This document shows, piece by piece, positions 9,873 through 21,060 of a DNA stretch of 27,659 nucleotides (position 1 is the first letter of the stretch; every line of letters begins with the position of its first letter). The notes beneath the pieces were generated by a model that worked only from the letters and a program-made list of their open reading frames with translations, was not told where the DNA came from and did not search any database. Location: contig NW_021833326.1 in NCBI RefSeq assembly GCF_006345805.1, positions 1-27,659 of the forward strand. Direction: 5' to 3'. Source of the stretch: Octopus sinensis (lineage: Eukaryota). A program made the translations under genes and the position numbers.

Positions 9873-10244
9873 ATAAATCACCCAAGACCATAAATGTTCT
9901 CTGTTCGTTTTGTACATGTGACTAAGTTCTATGTATGGCTGGTGTCAATGTAGAGCAACACTGTGCTGATAACGTCTATTGCAGCAGAAACACGTATGTA
10001 TAGCTGTCCTGCAGTCTCCAGAAAAATGGTTGTTTTTTTACCTCCCTGTTGATTGCTTTAATCTCTTCTTCTCATTCGGACTCGGTAGCAAATTACCGCT
10101 AGGTTTTTGTTTATTCTTCCCTACAAGCGAAAATAGTTTCAGTAAATCAAGTATTTATTTTGTATGTTATTTAGTATACCTTTCTGTGTTCTCGTAACCC
10201 AATATCATGCCACTGACTACTCAGAATTATTTCTCTGAACTCAG

Positions 10245-10288
<44 letters not shown>

Positions 10289-10748
10289 CTCATATATGTA
10301 AGCATATGTGTGTGTGTGTGTGTTGAATGTGCGTGTGTGTGGGGTGCTTGTGTGCGTGTGTGTGTCTGTGTGAATGCATGAATACATTAAGAAATAAAAG
10401 AGAGAGATTTGTTGCATATATAACTTTCTATTATTGATTTTAAAAAATGTTAATTTTTAATTTTCTATTTATATTTAGATTTGGTTATGAAAACTTCATC
10501 AGATTCTCCTAAACGTGCCGCAATGGCCCATCGTTCGACGATGACCAAAGTGGTATGGATTTGTACTTGTTTCCACTCACCAGTTTAACTACCACGCCTA
10601 CTGTTATCGTCCACCGGCATCTTCACGCCACTTCAACCAACAAACCTGTAGCTGACGTTGCCATTACTTAAGTGATAATTTCTTTTCTGGATGCAAGCAA
10701 AAATCAAATCAAATCGAAGGTTATTAAGAAAAAAAAAAATCAAAAATT

Positions 10749-10786
<38 letters not shown>

Positions 10787-11488
10787 CACTGTTTAATCAT
10801 GAAATGGTATAAATAGATAAATAAAATAAAGACATAGACAAAAATAAAAAAAAATAAAAGGCTAAACATTTTAAGTTCGAAAAATTGGAAGACTCGATTT
10901 AGCAGACGACACGTAAAGAATAAAAAAAAATCTGAAAGTGTTAACCTATTTAAAAAGAATATGGAGAATATGTCTGAGACTACGATGGAAATTCAACAGA
11001 CTTGGGATATATTAATGAAAATTTCACCAGTGAAGCTATGGAGGGAGGAATATTCAGTAACAGTGTAGAAAAACAAGAGAGGCATTCCTCTTAATCTGCT
11101 TTTTCAGCTGATTAACAATTGCAAAACGGACGGTTGTTGTTATAATCGTTGCTATAATGCTAACGGATTGTAAATTCTCTTCTTTGTGATATTCAGTGGA
11201 AATTTTTACCAAAAATAAACTTTTATTACACATATCAAACTAAGAAAGAAAGGAAAAAAAGAACCTGATTAAAGATCAAGGATAACTTGAGAAATAATTT
11301 AGGAGACGACTGTTCGGTGAAAAAAAGGATTTTATATCAGAGCAGCAAATGAATGTTTGGCAATTGAAGAGAATAAGAGTTACAGCAACGGAACTGTTTA
11401 TATTTACTGGCATTATATACATTGGCTGTAGCTTTTGTCTGTGTCGTTATAGCTGTAAAAACTCTAGCCACTGTAGTTACATACAGGA

Positions 11489-11680
11489 GTGAGTGTAATA
11501 TCTACATGCAACTAATCTATAATTTTATCTGTGTTCTCTGTTTGATCAGATATTTTTCTATCGTAGAAGATCAGTGAATGCAATTATTGCAAAGTGTTAC
11601 ATTTTTAATAAACGTGAATCTTAACGCATCCTCGCCGCTGTGGTCAAAGTAAACATTTGCAGCAGCGGAACTGTTTATAG
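11489..11680 (+). other. Putative 5'-UTR intron upstream of the zinc-finger ATG
   Basis: GA|GTGAGT donor consensus at 11489, CTTAAC branch-like motif near 11620 and ctgtttatAG acceptor at 11680. Motif evidence only. Confidence 0.35.
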
Positions 11681-11686
11681 GTGAAA

Positions 11687-13618
11687 ATGGACCCGTTGTA
11701 TACAGCGGACATGACGGTGATGCCGTTCACCTGCGAGGACTGCAATACTGTATTTATGAACAGAGATGCATACGCTATGCATGTGATGATACGCGCTAAA
11801 GAAAAATCGTGCCGATCCGAATCCCGTGTTGCAGTCACCGGAAGCAATGGTGGAAATGGTCGAGCAGATATTGAGTCCAACATAGGCAACACAAACGACA
11901 TCAAATCTTCCACACTTGCTCTTCATTCCACAACGACGAAAGAAACATTGAGTTTTGTCGACCAAGGTGATATGTCGATATCGGAAATAGAGAACTGCAT
12001 TAAAGAAGTCAAACAAGAAGTCTTGTCAAATGATGGCTCTACTACAGGAAGTCCAGTTCCTCTGACACCAAAATTAGTTGTCGTGAAAACCGAACCGGAA
12101 ACAAACAACAGAGATTGTTCTTTAATGGATTCAATGAGTAACAACGGTGTAATATCTCGAAGGTCTGCCACTGACCACCAAAATGTCAGCTGTACCGACA
12201 CCAGCATTGTCAAAGAACAATCACCTTCTTTGATGAATTCCTCAACAAACCTAATCAGCTCACATCATGTTATCTGTTTGATGTGTGATTCTCAGTTTGC
12301 AGACCAAGATTCGTTGGCCATGCATATGATGTCATATCATGCAGAAAGTGCATCAAGTAGCAGGTCACAACATGCTTATCACGAATCGGCAAATGACTGT
12401 TCCCATGCATCATCTATTCAACATTTCGATTTTCCGTCACATGCCCTCTACCAGTCGACGCGCAGGAGCGCCGCACGGTTGCGATGCGACGAATGCGGCG
12501 CAGCGTTCGAAAACGAAGATTTTCTAACTTTACATTTGATATCTCACAGACGTGGCGTTCAGGCGCTACATAATACTGCCATATTTAACGATCCCTCCAG
12601 GATTTATAGTCAAATGCTTGAGAGCAAACGAAAGCGTCAGCTTCAACATGGAAGCGACACTGGAGAGACCCCATGTCCGTTACCAATAAAAAAGAATTCC
12701 CTCCATATAGAACCTCGATTGTCGGACTCATATCATACTGTATCGTTTGACAAGCATTCCAAGAGCAGCTCTCTGAAAAATTACTTTAGTAAATATAACA
12801 CAGTCTATAAATCTCATGTATTTCATAATGAATCCCCGGGTAGTGAAAAACTAAATATGATACAGAAGCAAGTTGGCACCTCTTCAAATAATTCAGTACA
12901 AGAGAAGCCTAAGTGTTGGAAGGAAGATCAGTTACGGTACATATCTTCCTTCGGTGCTAAAAGTGTCAACAGAAGTCAAAGTGTGCCAAACGATTTTACC
13001 TCTGAGAATTCTATAACATCGCGACCTCATTCCGTAGGTTTTATCGAAAAGTCCGATTACCAAAGTAAACCAACGTTTTTAAAGAATTTCCACTATTACG
13101 ATTCTTTATACGACAGAAATGTTCTTGCGAAGAACAAAGAAGCACATAAAAAGCATGGTAAATTGTTTGACCATCAAGACAATATATACAGAGGCCGAAA
13201 TATTGGCGAGGGAAATAGCTCGAAAGATAGGGCTTTCTTGTTTTACGACAGCTGGTCAAAGGAGAAGAGAACAGACAAAGCAAACTGTTCTACAGCAATG
13301 TCTTCGAAAACAGCCATCCATAATTCGGTTCCGGTGAATGAGTTAGAAAGCCAGCAAGGTAAACAAGAACAGTTTGTGAGTTCGTCTAACGGCAGCGAGT
13401 CATCATTTAGTAGTAGCTACTCCGATATTTTACACGAATTGAAGAACAAAGCGGAACAGGTAGCTATGTGCAAACACTGTGATGTGATATTTCTTAACAG
13501 AATACTTTATCATTTACACATGGGATTGCACAATGTCAACAATCCTTGGCAGTGCAACATTTGTGGCAAAGTCTGCAACGACGTGCACAATTTCACCACA
13601 CACGCCATACATTTTTAA
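11687..13618 (+). CDS. C2H2 zinc-finger protein, Ikaros/Hunchback-like (C-terminal finger pair), single coding exon, ~643 aa
   Basis: 1.9-kb open frame in repeat-free DNA. ATG 11687 has good Kozak context (gaaaATGG) after an in-frame TAG and AG acceptor-like site at 11678-11680. The C-terminus CKHCDVIFLNRILYHLHMGLH-NVNNPWQ-CNICGKVCNDVHNFTTHAIHF (13469-13612) fits the Ikaros F5-F6/Hunchback C-terminal pattern. Isolated fingers lie at 11732-11794 (atypical), 12275-12340 and 12485-12547. Confidence 0.9.
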   Translation: MDPLYTADMTVMPFTCEDCNTVFMNRDAYAMHVMIRAKEKSCRSESRVAVTGSNGGNGRADIESNIGNTNDIKSSTLALHSTTTKETLSFVDQGDMSISEIENCIKEVKQEVLSNDGSTTGSPVPLTPKLVVVKTEPETNNRDCSLMDSMSNNGVISRRSATDHQNVSCTDTSIVKEQSPSLMNSSTNLISSHHVICLMCDSQFADQDSLAMHMMSYHAESASSSRSQHAYHESANDCSHASSIQHFDFPSHALYQSTRRSAARLRCDECGAAFENEDFLTLHLISHRRGVQALHNTAIFNDPSRIYSQMLESKRKRQLQHGSDTGETPCPLPIKKNSLHIEPRLSDSYHTVSFDKHSKSSSLKNYFSKYNTVYKSHVFHNESPGSEKLNMIQKQVGTSSNNSVQEKPKCWKEDQLRYISSFGAKSVNRSQSVPNDFTSENSITSRPHSVGFIEKSDYQSKPTFLKNFHYYDSLYDRNVLAKNKEAHKKHGKLFDHQDNIYRGRNIGEGNSSKDRAFLFYDSWSKEKRTDKANCSTAMSSKTAIHNSVPVNELESQQGKQEQFVSSSNGSESSFSSSYSDILHELKNKAEQVAMCKHCDVIFLNRILYHLHMGLHNVNNPWQCNICGKVCNDVHNFTTHAIHF

Positions 13619-13669
13619 AGGTCAGGAAACGAGGGATATGTGAGCACCAACGAGGAAGTCTCTGCACGT

Positions 13670-14580
13670 TCTGTTGGTCTCTTAGGATCCTAGAAATGGC
13701 TGGCAAATCTCCCTCAAATAACACCCTACGTACGGTCGTACAAAAAGAAAAAGAAAAGAGAAAGAAAAAGTATATACGAGCCCGTGAAGAGAACTCTTTT
13801 GGCCTGTTAGAAATAGCAGAGAAATCTTCCTCAAATTTCACTTGCAACCAAATAAGAAAGAAAAAGAAAAGGAAAAACAAATGAGTCATTATATGAGTTT
13901 CTACATGGTCATTCGACTTGTTAAAAATAGCAGCCAAATCTCCACCTTACATTATTTAGAAAGAAAAAATGAAGGGTGTACTGGATAATGTAATGTCAGA
14001 TAAACTGATAAACTATATCTGAAAAGAGTGGGTGGTCACGGTTGGACTGACTGTCTTTGGTTATAAGTATATCTCAGCAGGGATAACATGGGGCTAAACA
14101 GCAAAGACTTATTAGTTACACTGGCTGAACATAAAAGACGGGATGGTCAAATCTGGAACTCCTTCGAGCATTAGTTTGCCGAAGTCAGGACTAACCTAGA
14201 GCCAAACAATAACAGGAAACAGTTTTGAAACAAAAGAGGCTGCAAGATGAAGGGTGAAAAATCATCCATGTCTCCATCCATCTACCCTGGATGCAGTAAA
14301 ATATACGTATCTCTGATAGTACAGCAGTTCTATGTAATTCTACACATGTATATTGAGGTTTTACTACTCCATAGAACGAGACATCGATCTATACAGAGAC
14401 ACACAAGTAAGGCCTCTACGTGGTCACTCGATCTGCTAGAAATAGTGGCTAAGTCTCCTCCACATTACACCCAACAGTCTTTTTTTTTTCTCAACAAAAC
14501 AGAAAGGATATATGGGACAATGTCACGACAGGAACGTTGTTGATCATAAACCCCGTTCTATCAGAGCTGACCTGTAAAAA
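13670..14580 (+). repeat. Family G interspersed repeat fragments (4 copies) downstream of the zinc-finger stop
   Basis: Variants of TAGAAATAGCAGCCAAATCTCC at ~13690, ~13808, ~13921 and ~14438. Related pieces at ~1250-1280 and, reversed, ~20985-21010. Confidence 0.6.
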
Positions 14581-14877
14581 CTGTTACAACACTCGCATCC
14601 AAATATAAAACCCATTTATAAACGTATACACACGAACAAAGCCAAATGAGTGTAGATAAAAGAACAAATATATACACACACATGTACCTTTACTGACATA
14701 TGTGAATGTCATAAAGTTACCTCTTGTTTATACACACATGTATTATATATTGATATATAAATATATATATGTATAAAATATAGATATATCATTTTTATTT
14801 CAATGTCTTAACAAGTATATATTATATCTATTCATATCTCATTTTTCTCTTCCACTCCCATGTCTTTCACTTTTCCG

Positions 14878-14990
14878 TCTCTCTCTCTCTCTCTCTCTCT
14901 CATTCCCCTCTCTCTCTCTCTCTCATTCCCCTCTCTCTCTCTCTCTCATTCCTCTCTCTCTCATTCCTCTCTCTCTCTTTCTCCCCCCTC
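14878..14990. repeat. (CT)n tract with periodic CATTCC(CC) interruptions
   Basis: Four CATTCC punctuations spaced roughly 14-24 bp apart. Confidence 0.85.
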
Positions 14991-15074
14991 ACTCTTTCAT
15001 GGTTTGGCTGTAGTGGTTAAGAAATAGTTTCAGGTTCATTTCGAATGCACGGCATCGTAATACTGAATAAGTTT

Positions 15075-15209
15075 AAGGTGGCGAACAGGCAGAATCGTTA
15101 GCACACCGGGCCAAATGCGCAGAGGTCATCCGTCCGTCTTTACGTTCCGAGTTCAAATTCCGCCGAGGTCAACTTTGCCTTTCATCCTTTCGAGCTCGAT
15201 AAAATAAGT
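15075..15209 (+). mobile_element. Family A SINE, 3'-truncated
   Basis: Head, B box and core start present. Confidence 0.75.
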
Positions 15210-15331
15210 TTTATGTTAAAAACCTGTGGAACTAAAGTTTGGGCTTCCCGAAGGGTTTATTTATGCAGTTGACGTAGAATACAATGGAGAATTCAGAAAA
15301 AAAAAAAATACCGTTAATACCGAATCAATGT

Positions 15332-15661
15332 AACAGCCTGCTCGTGAAATTAACGTGTAAGTGGCTGAGCACTCCACAGACACGTGTACCCTTAACGTAG
15401 TTCTCGGGGATATTCAGCGTGACACAGAGAGTGACAAGGCCGGCCCTTTGAAATACAGGTACAACAGAAAGAGAAAGTAAGAGTGAGAGAAAGTTGTGGT
15501 GAAAGAGTACAGCAGGGATCACCACCATCCCCTGCCGGAGCCTCGTGGAGCTTTTAGGTGTTTTCGCTCAATAAACACTCACAACGCCCGGTCTGGGAAT
15601 CAAAACCGCGATCCTATGACTGCGACTCCGCTGCCCTAACCACTGGGCCATTGCGCCTCCA
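15332..15661 (-). mobile_element. Family D tRNA-derived SINE (3' tip missing)
   Basis: Minus head GGCGCAATGGCCCAGTGGTTAGGGCAGCGG...; homologous to 24385-24740. Confidence 0.85.
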
Positions 15662-15924
15662 CACATGTTGACAATAAACACTATTCAAATTCTCAAAATG
15701 GCGTAGCCCACCAGGCTGCAAACGTGCACCACAGAGTAGTATTGTTCACTGTCCTATGACCAAATCCAAGACACTTAACTATCAATAGTGCTGACTGTAA
15801 GTTAGTACCACTGTTTTTTTTTGTTCTCGAGCTTTAGTACTCAAAATGCCGGTTATCCAGTTTCCATGGCCATTATGTGACAGAAGTCAGCACATTTCCA
15901 CCGAACAGGAGGTCTGTCCGTCGC

Positions 15925-16120
15925 AGGGTCTAACGCGCAGAATTTTGATGAGTCAGGCAAGTACTAGGATCGATGTACTTGACTGGTTCTTATTTTATCG
16001 ATCCCGAAGGCAGGAAAGGCAAAAGTTGACATCAGCATTTTGGAATCAGAGCGTAAAGATCCGGAAGAAACGACGCTAATCATTTTGTCCGACTTCTTAA
16101 CAGTTCTACCAGCTCGTCAC
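15925..16120 (-). mobile_element. Degenerate family A2 SINE
   Basis: TTTATCGATCCCGAAGGCAGGAAAGGCAAAAGTTGAC core remnant and diverged head. Confidence 0.55.
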
Positions 16121-16137
16121 CTTAAGGTTGTACCATA

Positions 16138-16168
<31 letters not shown>

Positions 16169-16580
16169 TGTATGTATGTATGTATGTATGTATGTATGTA
16201 TGTATGTATGCATGTATGTATGTATGTATTTATGTATGTATGTAAGTATGTATGTATGTATGTATGTATGTATGTATGCATGTATGCATGTATGTATGCT
16301 TATATGTATGTATGTGTGTCTGTATATATATATATAATATATATATATATATACATACACAGGCGCAGGAGTGGCTGTATAATGAGTAGCTTGCTTACCA
16401 ACCACATGGTTCTGGGTTCAGTCCCACTGCATAGCACCTTGGGCAAGTGCCGTCTGCTATGGCCTCGGGCCGACCAAAGTCTTGTGAGTGGATTTGGTAG
16501 ACGGAAACTGAAAGGAGCCCGTATGTATGTATGTATGTATGTATGTATGTATGTATGTATGTATGTATGATGTATGTATG

Positions 16581-16631
<51 letters not shown>
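16138..16631. repeat. (TATG)n and (TA)n arrays flanking the family B head
   Basis: Tetranucleotide and dinucleotide runs. Confidence 0.9.
16360..16522 (+). mobile_element. Family B 5' half embedded in (TATG)n
   Basis: AGGCGCAGGAGTGGCTG...GGAAACTGAAAGGAGCCCG. Confidence 0.8.
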
Positions 16632-16636
<5 letters not shown>

Positions 16637-16936
16637 TCTGTCTATGACAAAGACACTTCGCTGTCAGCAGCTCAGTCTACATAGTTGTAAGAAGGCACCA
16701 TTATGCGTAGTATGGTTTACATTACTGTGTCCGTAACGAAATTACTTAACTCCCAACAGCACCGCACTAAACTCTTAGTGTTATCAGTCCACTTGGCTGT
16801 AAGTAAATACCACATTGTAACGTGCTTCACGGTAACGTGTTCATGGCCAACGCACTAAGCTGTGAAAAAGACTCAGGAACAAGATTAAGAATAACTCGTC
16901 ATTGCAAACAGTGGAGATACAGATTCGTTTGCATGT

Positions 16937-17076
16937 AGTGCAGAGTTTAATCCTCTCTCAAGTGAGGATAAATCCTGCCAAATTGAAGGGATTCTTCTTC
17001 TTCTTCTTCTTCTTCTTCTTCTTCTTCTTCTTCTTCTTCTTCTTCTTCTTCTTCTTCTTCTTCTTCTTCTTCTTCT

Positions 17077-17107
<31 letters not shown>

Positions 17108-17404
17108 AGGCGGTGAGCTGGCAGAAACGTTAGCACGCCGGGCGAAATGCTTAGCGGTATTTCGGCTGCCGTTACGTTCTGAGTTCAAATTCCGCTAAGG
17201 TGGACTTTGCCTTTCATCCTTTCGGGGTCGATAAATTTAGTACCAGTTACGCACTGGGGTCGATATAATCGACTTAATCCGTTTGTCTATCCTTGTTTGC
17301 CCTCTCTGTGTTTAGCCCCTTGTGGGTAGTAAAGAAAAAGGTATTTCGTCTGCTGCCACGTTCTGAGTTCAAATTCCGCCGAGGTTTCTGCCAACTCGCC
17401 GCCT

Positions 17405-17483
<79 letters not shown>

Positions 17484-17574
17484 AGAAGAAGAAGAAGAAG
17501 AAGAAGAAGAAGAAGAATCCCTTCAATTTGGCAGGATTTATCCTCACTTGAGAGGGGAGATTAAACTCTGCACT
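16937..17574. repeat. Long inverted repeat with ~190-bp arms (16937-17128 and 17384-17574)
   Basis: Unique flank, compound (TTC)n(CAT)n and the first ~23 nt of the SINE are duplicated in reverse orientation. Confidence 0.9.
17106..17383 (+). mobile_element. Family A SINE plus the start of a second unit
   Basis: Full unit 17106-17339, then a restart at GGTATTTC 17340. Confidence 0.85.
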
Positions 17575-17617
17575 GCCGAGGTCTTGTGCTTACAATAAGA
17601 AAGCATCATCATCATCA

Positions 17618-17661
<44 letters not shown>

Positions 17662-17829
17662 GAGTGAGAGAGCAGTGCATGCCATCAAAGTGACACTGGG
17701 GTAAAATATACGAAGCCCAATATACCCATCATGACTACCCGTCTGATAAGGGTACACCAGGCACATGCATCACAACCATATGTGCTCGATACGGTGATTT
17801 CATATCAAGATAAACAGCACATGACTTTG

Positions 17830-18621
17830 CACTAAATATAAAATAAAACAAAATTATTTAGTATATTGATTCGTACCAGTACAAATACAAAAAAAATTGA
17901 CTTATAGTTCATTAGAATATCTGAAAAAACCCCCCCAAAAAAACAGAAAGAAATAATTTTATAGAAGACCAATGGGGTCCAGTTGGCCCCAATGACCATA
18001 TTTTATGCTATAACATCGATATGACTGGAAATTTTTAACTCCAAATATTTCTTTCTTTTTCTTTTTTCTTTTATTTGTTTCAGTCATTTGACTGTGGCCA
18101 TGCTGGAGCACGGCCTTTAGTCGAGCAAATCGACCCCAGGACTTATTCTTTGTAAGCCTAGTACTTATTCTATCGGTCTCTTTTGCCGAACCGCTAAGTT
18201 ACGGGGACGTAAACACACCAGCATCGGTTGTCAAGCAATGCTAGGGGGACCAAACACAGACACACAAACATATACACACACACATACATATATATACTTA
18301 TATATACGACGGGCTTCTTTTCCGTTTCCGTCTACCAAATCTACTCACAAGTCTCTGGTCAGTCCGAGGCTATAGTAGAAGACACTTGCCCAAGGTGCCA
18401 CGCAGTGGGACTGAACCCAGAACCATGTGGTTGGGAAGCAAGCTACTTACCACACAGCCACTCCTACGCCTATACACAGCCACTCCTACGCCTTATGTGA
18501 GTACATAAACTATTGACAATAAAAGTCATGAGATAGAAAATCATTAAAAAAATGTAAAAGTTGCATCACTTTTAAAATTTGCTGGGGTCCCAAGGGACCC
18601 GGCCGGCTCACAAAGGGTTAA
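17830..18621. mobile_element. Probable piggyBac-like non-autonomous element remnant with only one end recognisable
   Basis: Ends ...CACAAAGGG|TTAA (18618-18621) at a TTAA also present in intact family E. Palindrome GGGTCCC-AA-GGGACCC at 18585-18600 and a related motif at 17974-17990. Confidence 0.4.
18060..18495 (-). mobile_element. Family B SINE, full length, with a 22-nt tandem duplication of its 5' end
   Basis: Reverse complement of the 6584-7033 layout. ACACAGCCACTCCTACGCCT occurs at 18452 and 18474. Confidence 0.85.
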
Positions 18622-18906
18622 AGATGTTGAACAAAACACCCATGTTTCCAGAGGTGAATTATTCGAACACCAAAGAATTCCTCTCAACATATGGCTATGA
18701 TGCTCCCCCACGCCCCACTATTTCTGCTCGTGGTCAGAGATGCACATATCGTTAGCCACCAAAGGACATGCTCAACTGGTTAAGGTCAAACAAATTACAA
18801 ACAAATCTGTGGGATTGAGCAGAATATTTGCCAAGACAAAGCAATGTAGATGATAACACTTCCAATCAGTTAAGATCAGAAGCCATGAGAGCCACTGTCT
18901 GGTACT

Positions 18907-18929
18907 TATCATCATCATCATCATCATCA

Positions 18930-19002
<73 letters not shown>

Positions 19003-19447
19003 TATTGAGTGAGAGAGCAGTGCATGCCATCAAAGTGACACTGGGGTAAACTATACCCATCATGACTACCCGTCTGATAAGGGTACACCAGGCAGCTGCA
19101 TCACAACCATATGTGCGCGACATGATGATCTCATATCAAGATAAACAGCGCATGACCTTGCAGGTAGGGCCCAGTTAGAATTTTCTTTCTGGTCGAGTAG
19201 CTCATGCCGCTCAAAAGGTTCCTGAATAAGGATTGTTTAAGGATGTTGAACGAAACACCTATGTTTCCAAAGGTGAATTATCCAAACCTCTAAGAATTCC
19301 TTTCAACACACGGCTATGATGCTCCCCCACTACTTCTGCTCGTGATCAGAGATGCACATATCGTCAGCCACTAAGGGACATGCTCAACTGGTTAAGATCA
19401 AACACTGACAGGCAAATCTGTGGTATTGAGTAGAATATTTGCTGTAG
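18907..19447 (-). mobile_element. Family E interspersed repeat (~440 bp plus (AAT)n(GAT)n tail), probably a LINE 3' end or SINE
   Basis: A second copy is split into 17605-17829 and 18618-18831; both copies have a microsatellite 3' tail. Confidence 0.7.
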
Positions 19448-19495
19448 TCCATTACACTTAATCTCATCCCACCAACAAATTATTAATATATATAG

Positions 19496-20865
<1,370 letters not shown>

Positions 20866-21060
20866 AAAATATCCTCGCATAATCTACTCATTTCCATAAC
20901 CGTCAAGAAAAGACTCTAAAAGCTACCAACAGCTCAATGGATCGTGTATACGTTAAATTCTTGCTTTTGAAAGGCCACCGTATGCTATTTGAGGGATATT
21001 TGGCTGCTATGTCTACGAACAGATCAAGCCGCTGTATTCAAGTTCCTATTTTGCTTCTTA

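Larger units (their letters stand above)
17605..18831 (-). mobile_element. Family E copy interrupted by a ~790-bp insertion
   Basis: Its two halves are colinear with 18907-19447. Confidence 0.7.

Noticed and set aside
10490-10510. Other CTGANGA cores (minus strand ~10497, ~8828 and ~19361; plus strand ~2312 and ~26196)
   Set aside because: No stem II followed by GAAA and a cleavage triplet, so these are chance matches.
10500-10680. Possible small exon on the minus strand (CAG|G ... CTG|GTGAGT)
   Set aside because: All three frames contain stops and there is no partner exon evidence.
11644-13337. Short ORFs overlapping the zinc-finger CDS on other frames or the opposite strand
   Set aside because: Shadow ORFs of the main coding frame with no motifs.
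16885-17598. Poly-F/H/R/D/M/E ORFs
   Set aside because: Produced by (TTC)n/(CAT)n tracts of the inverted repeat.
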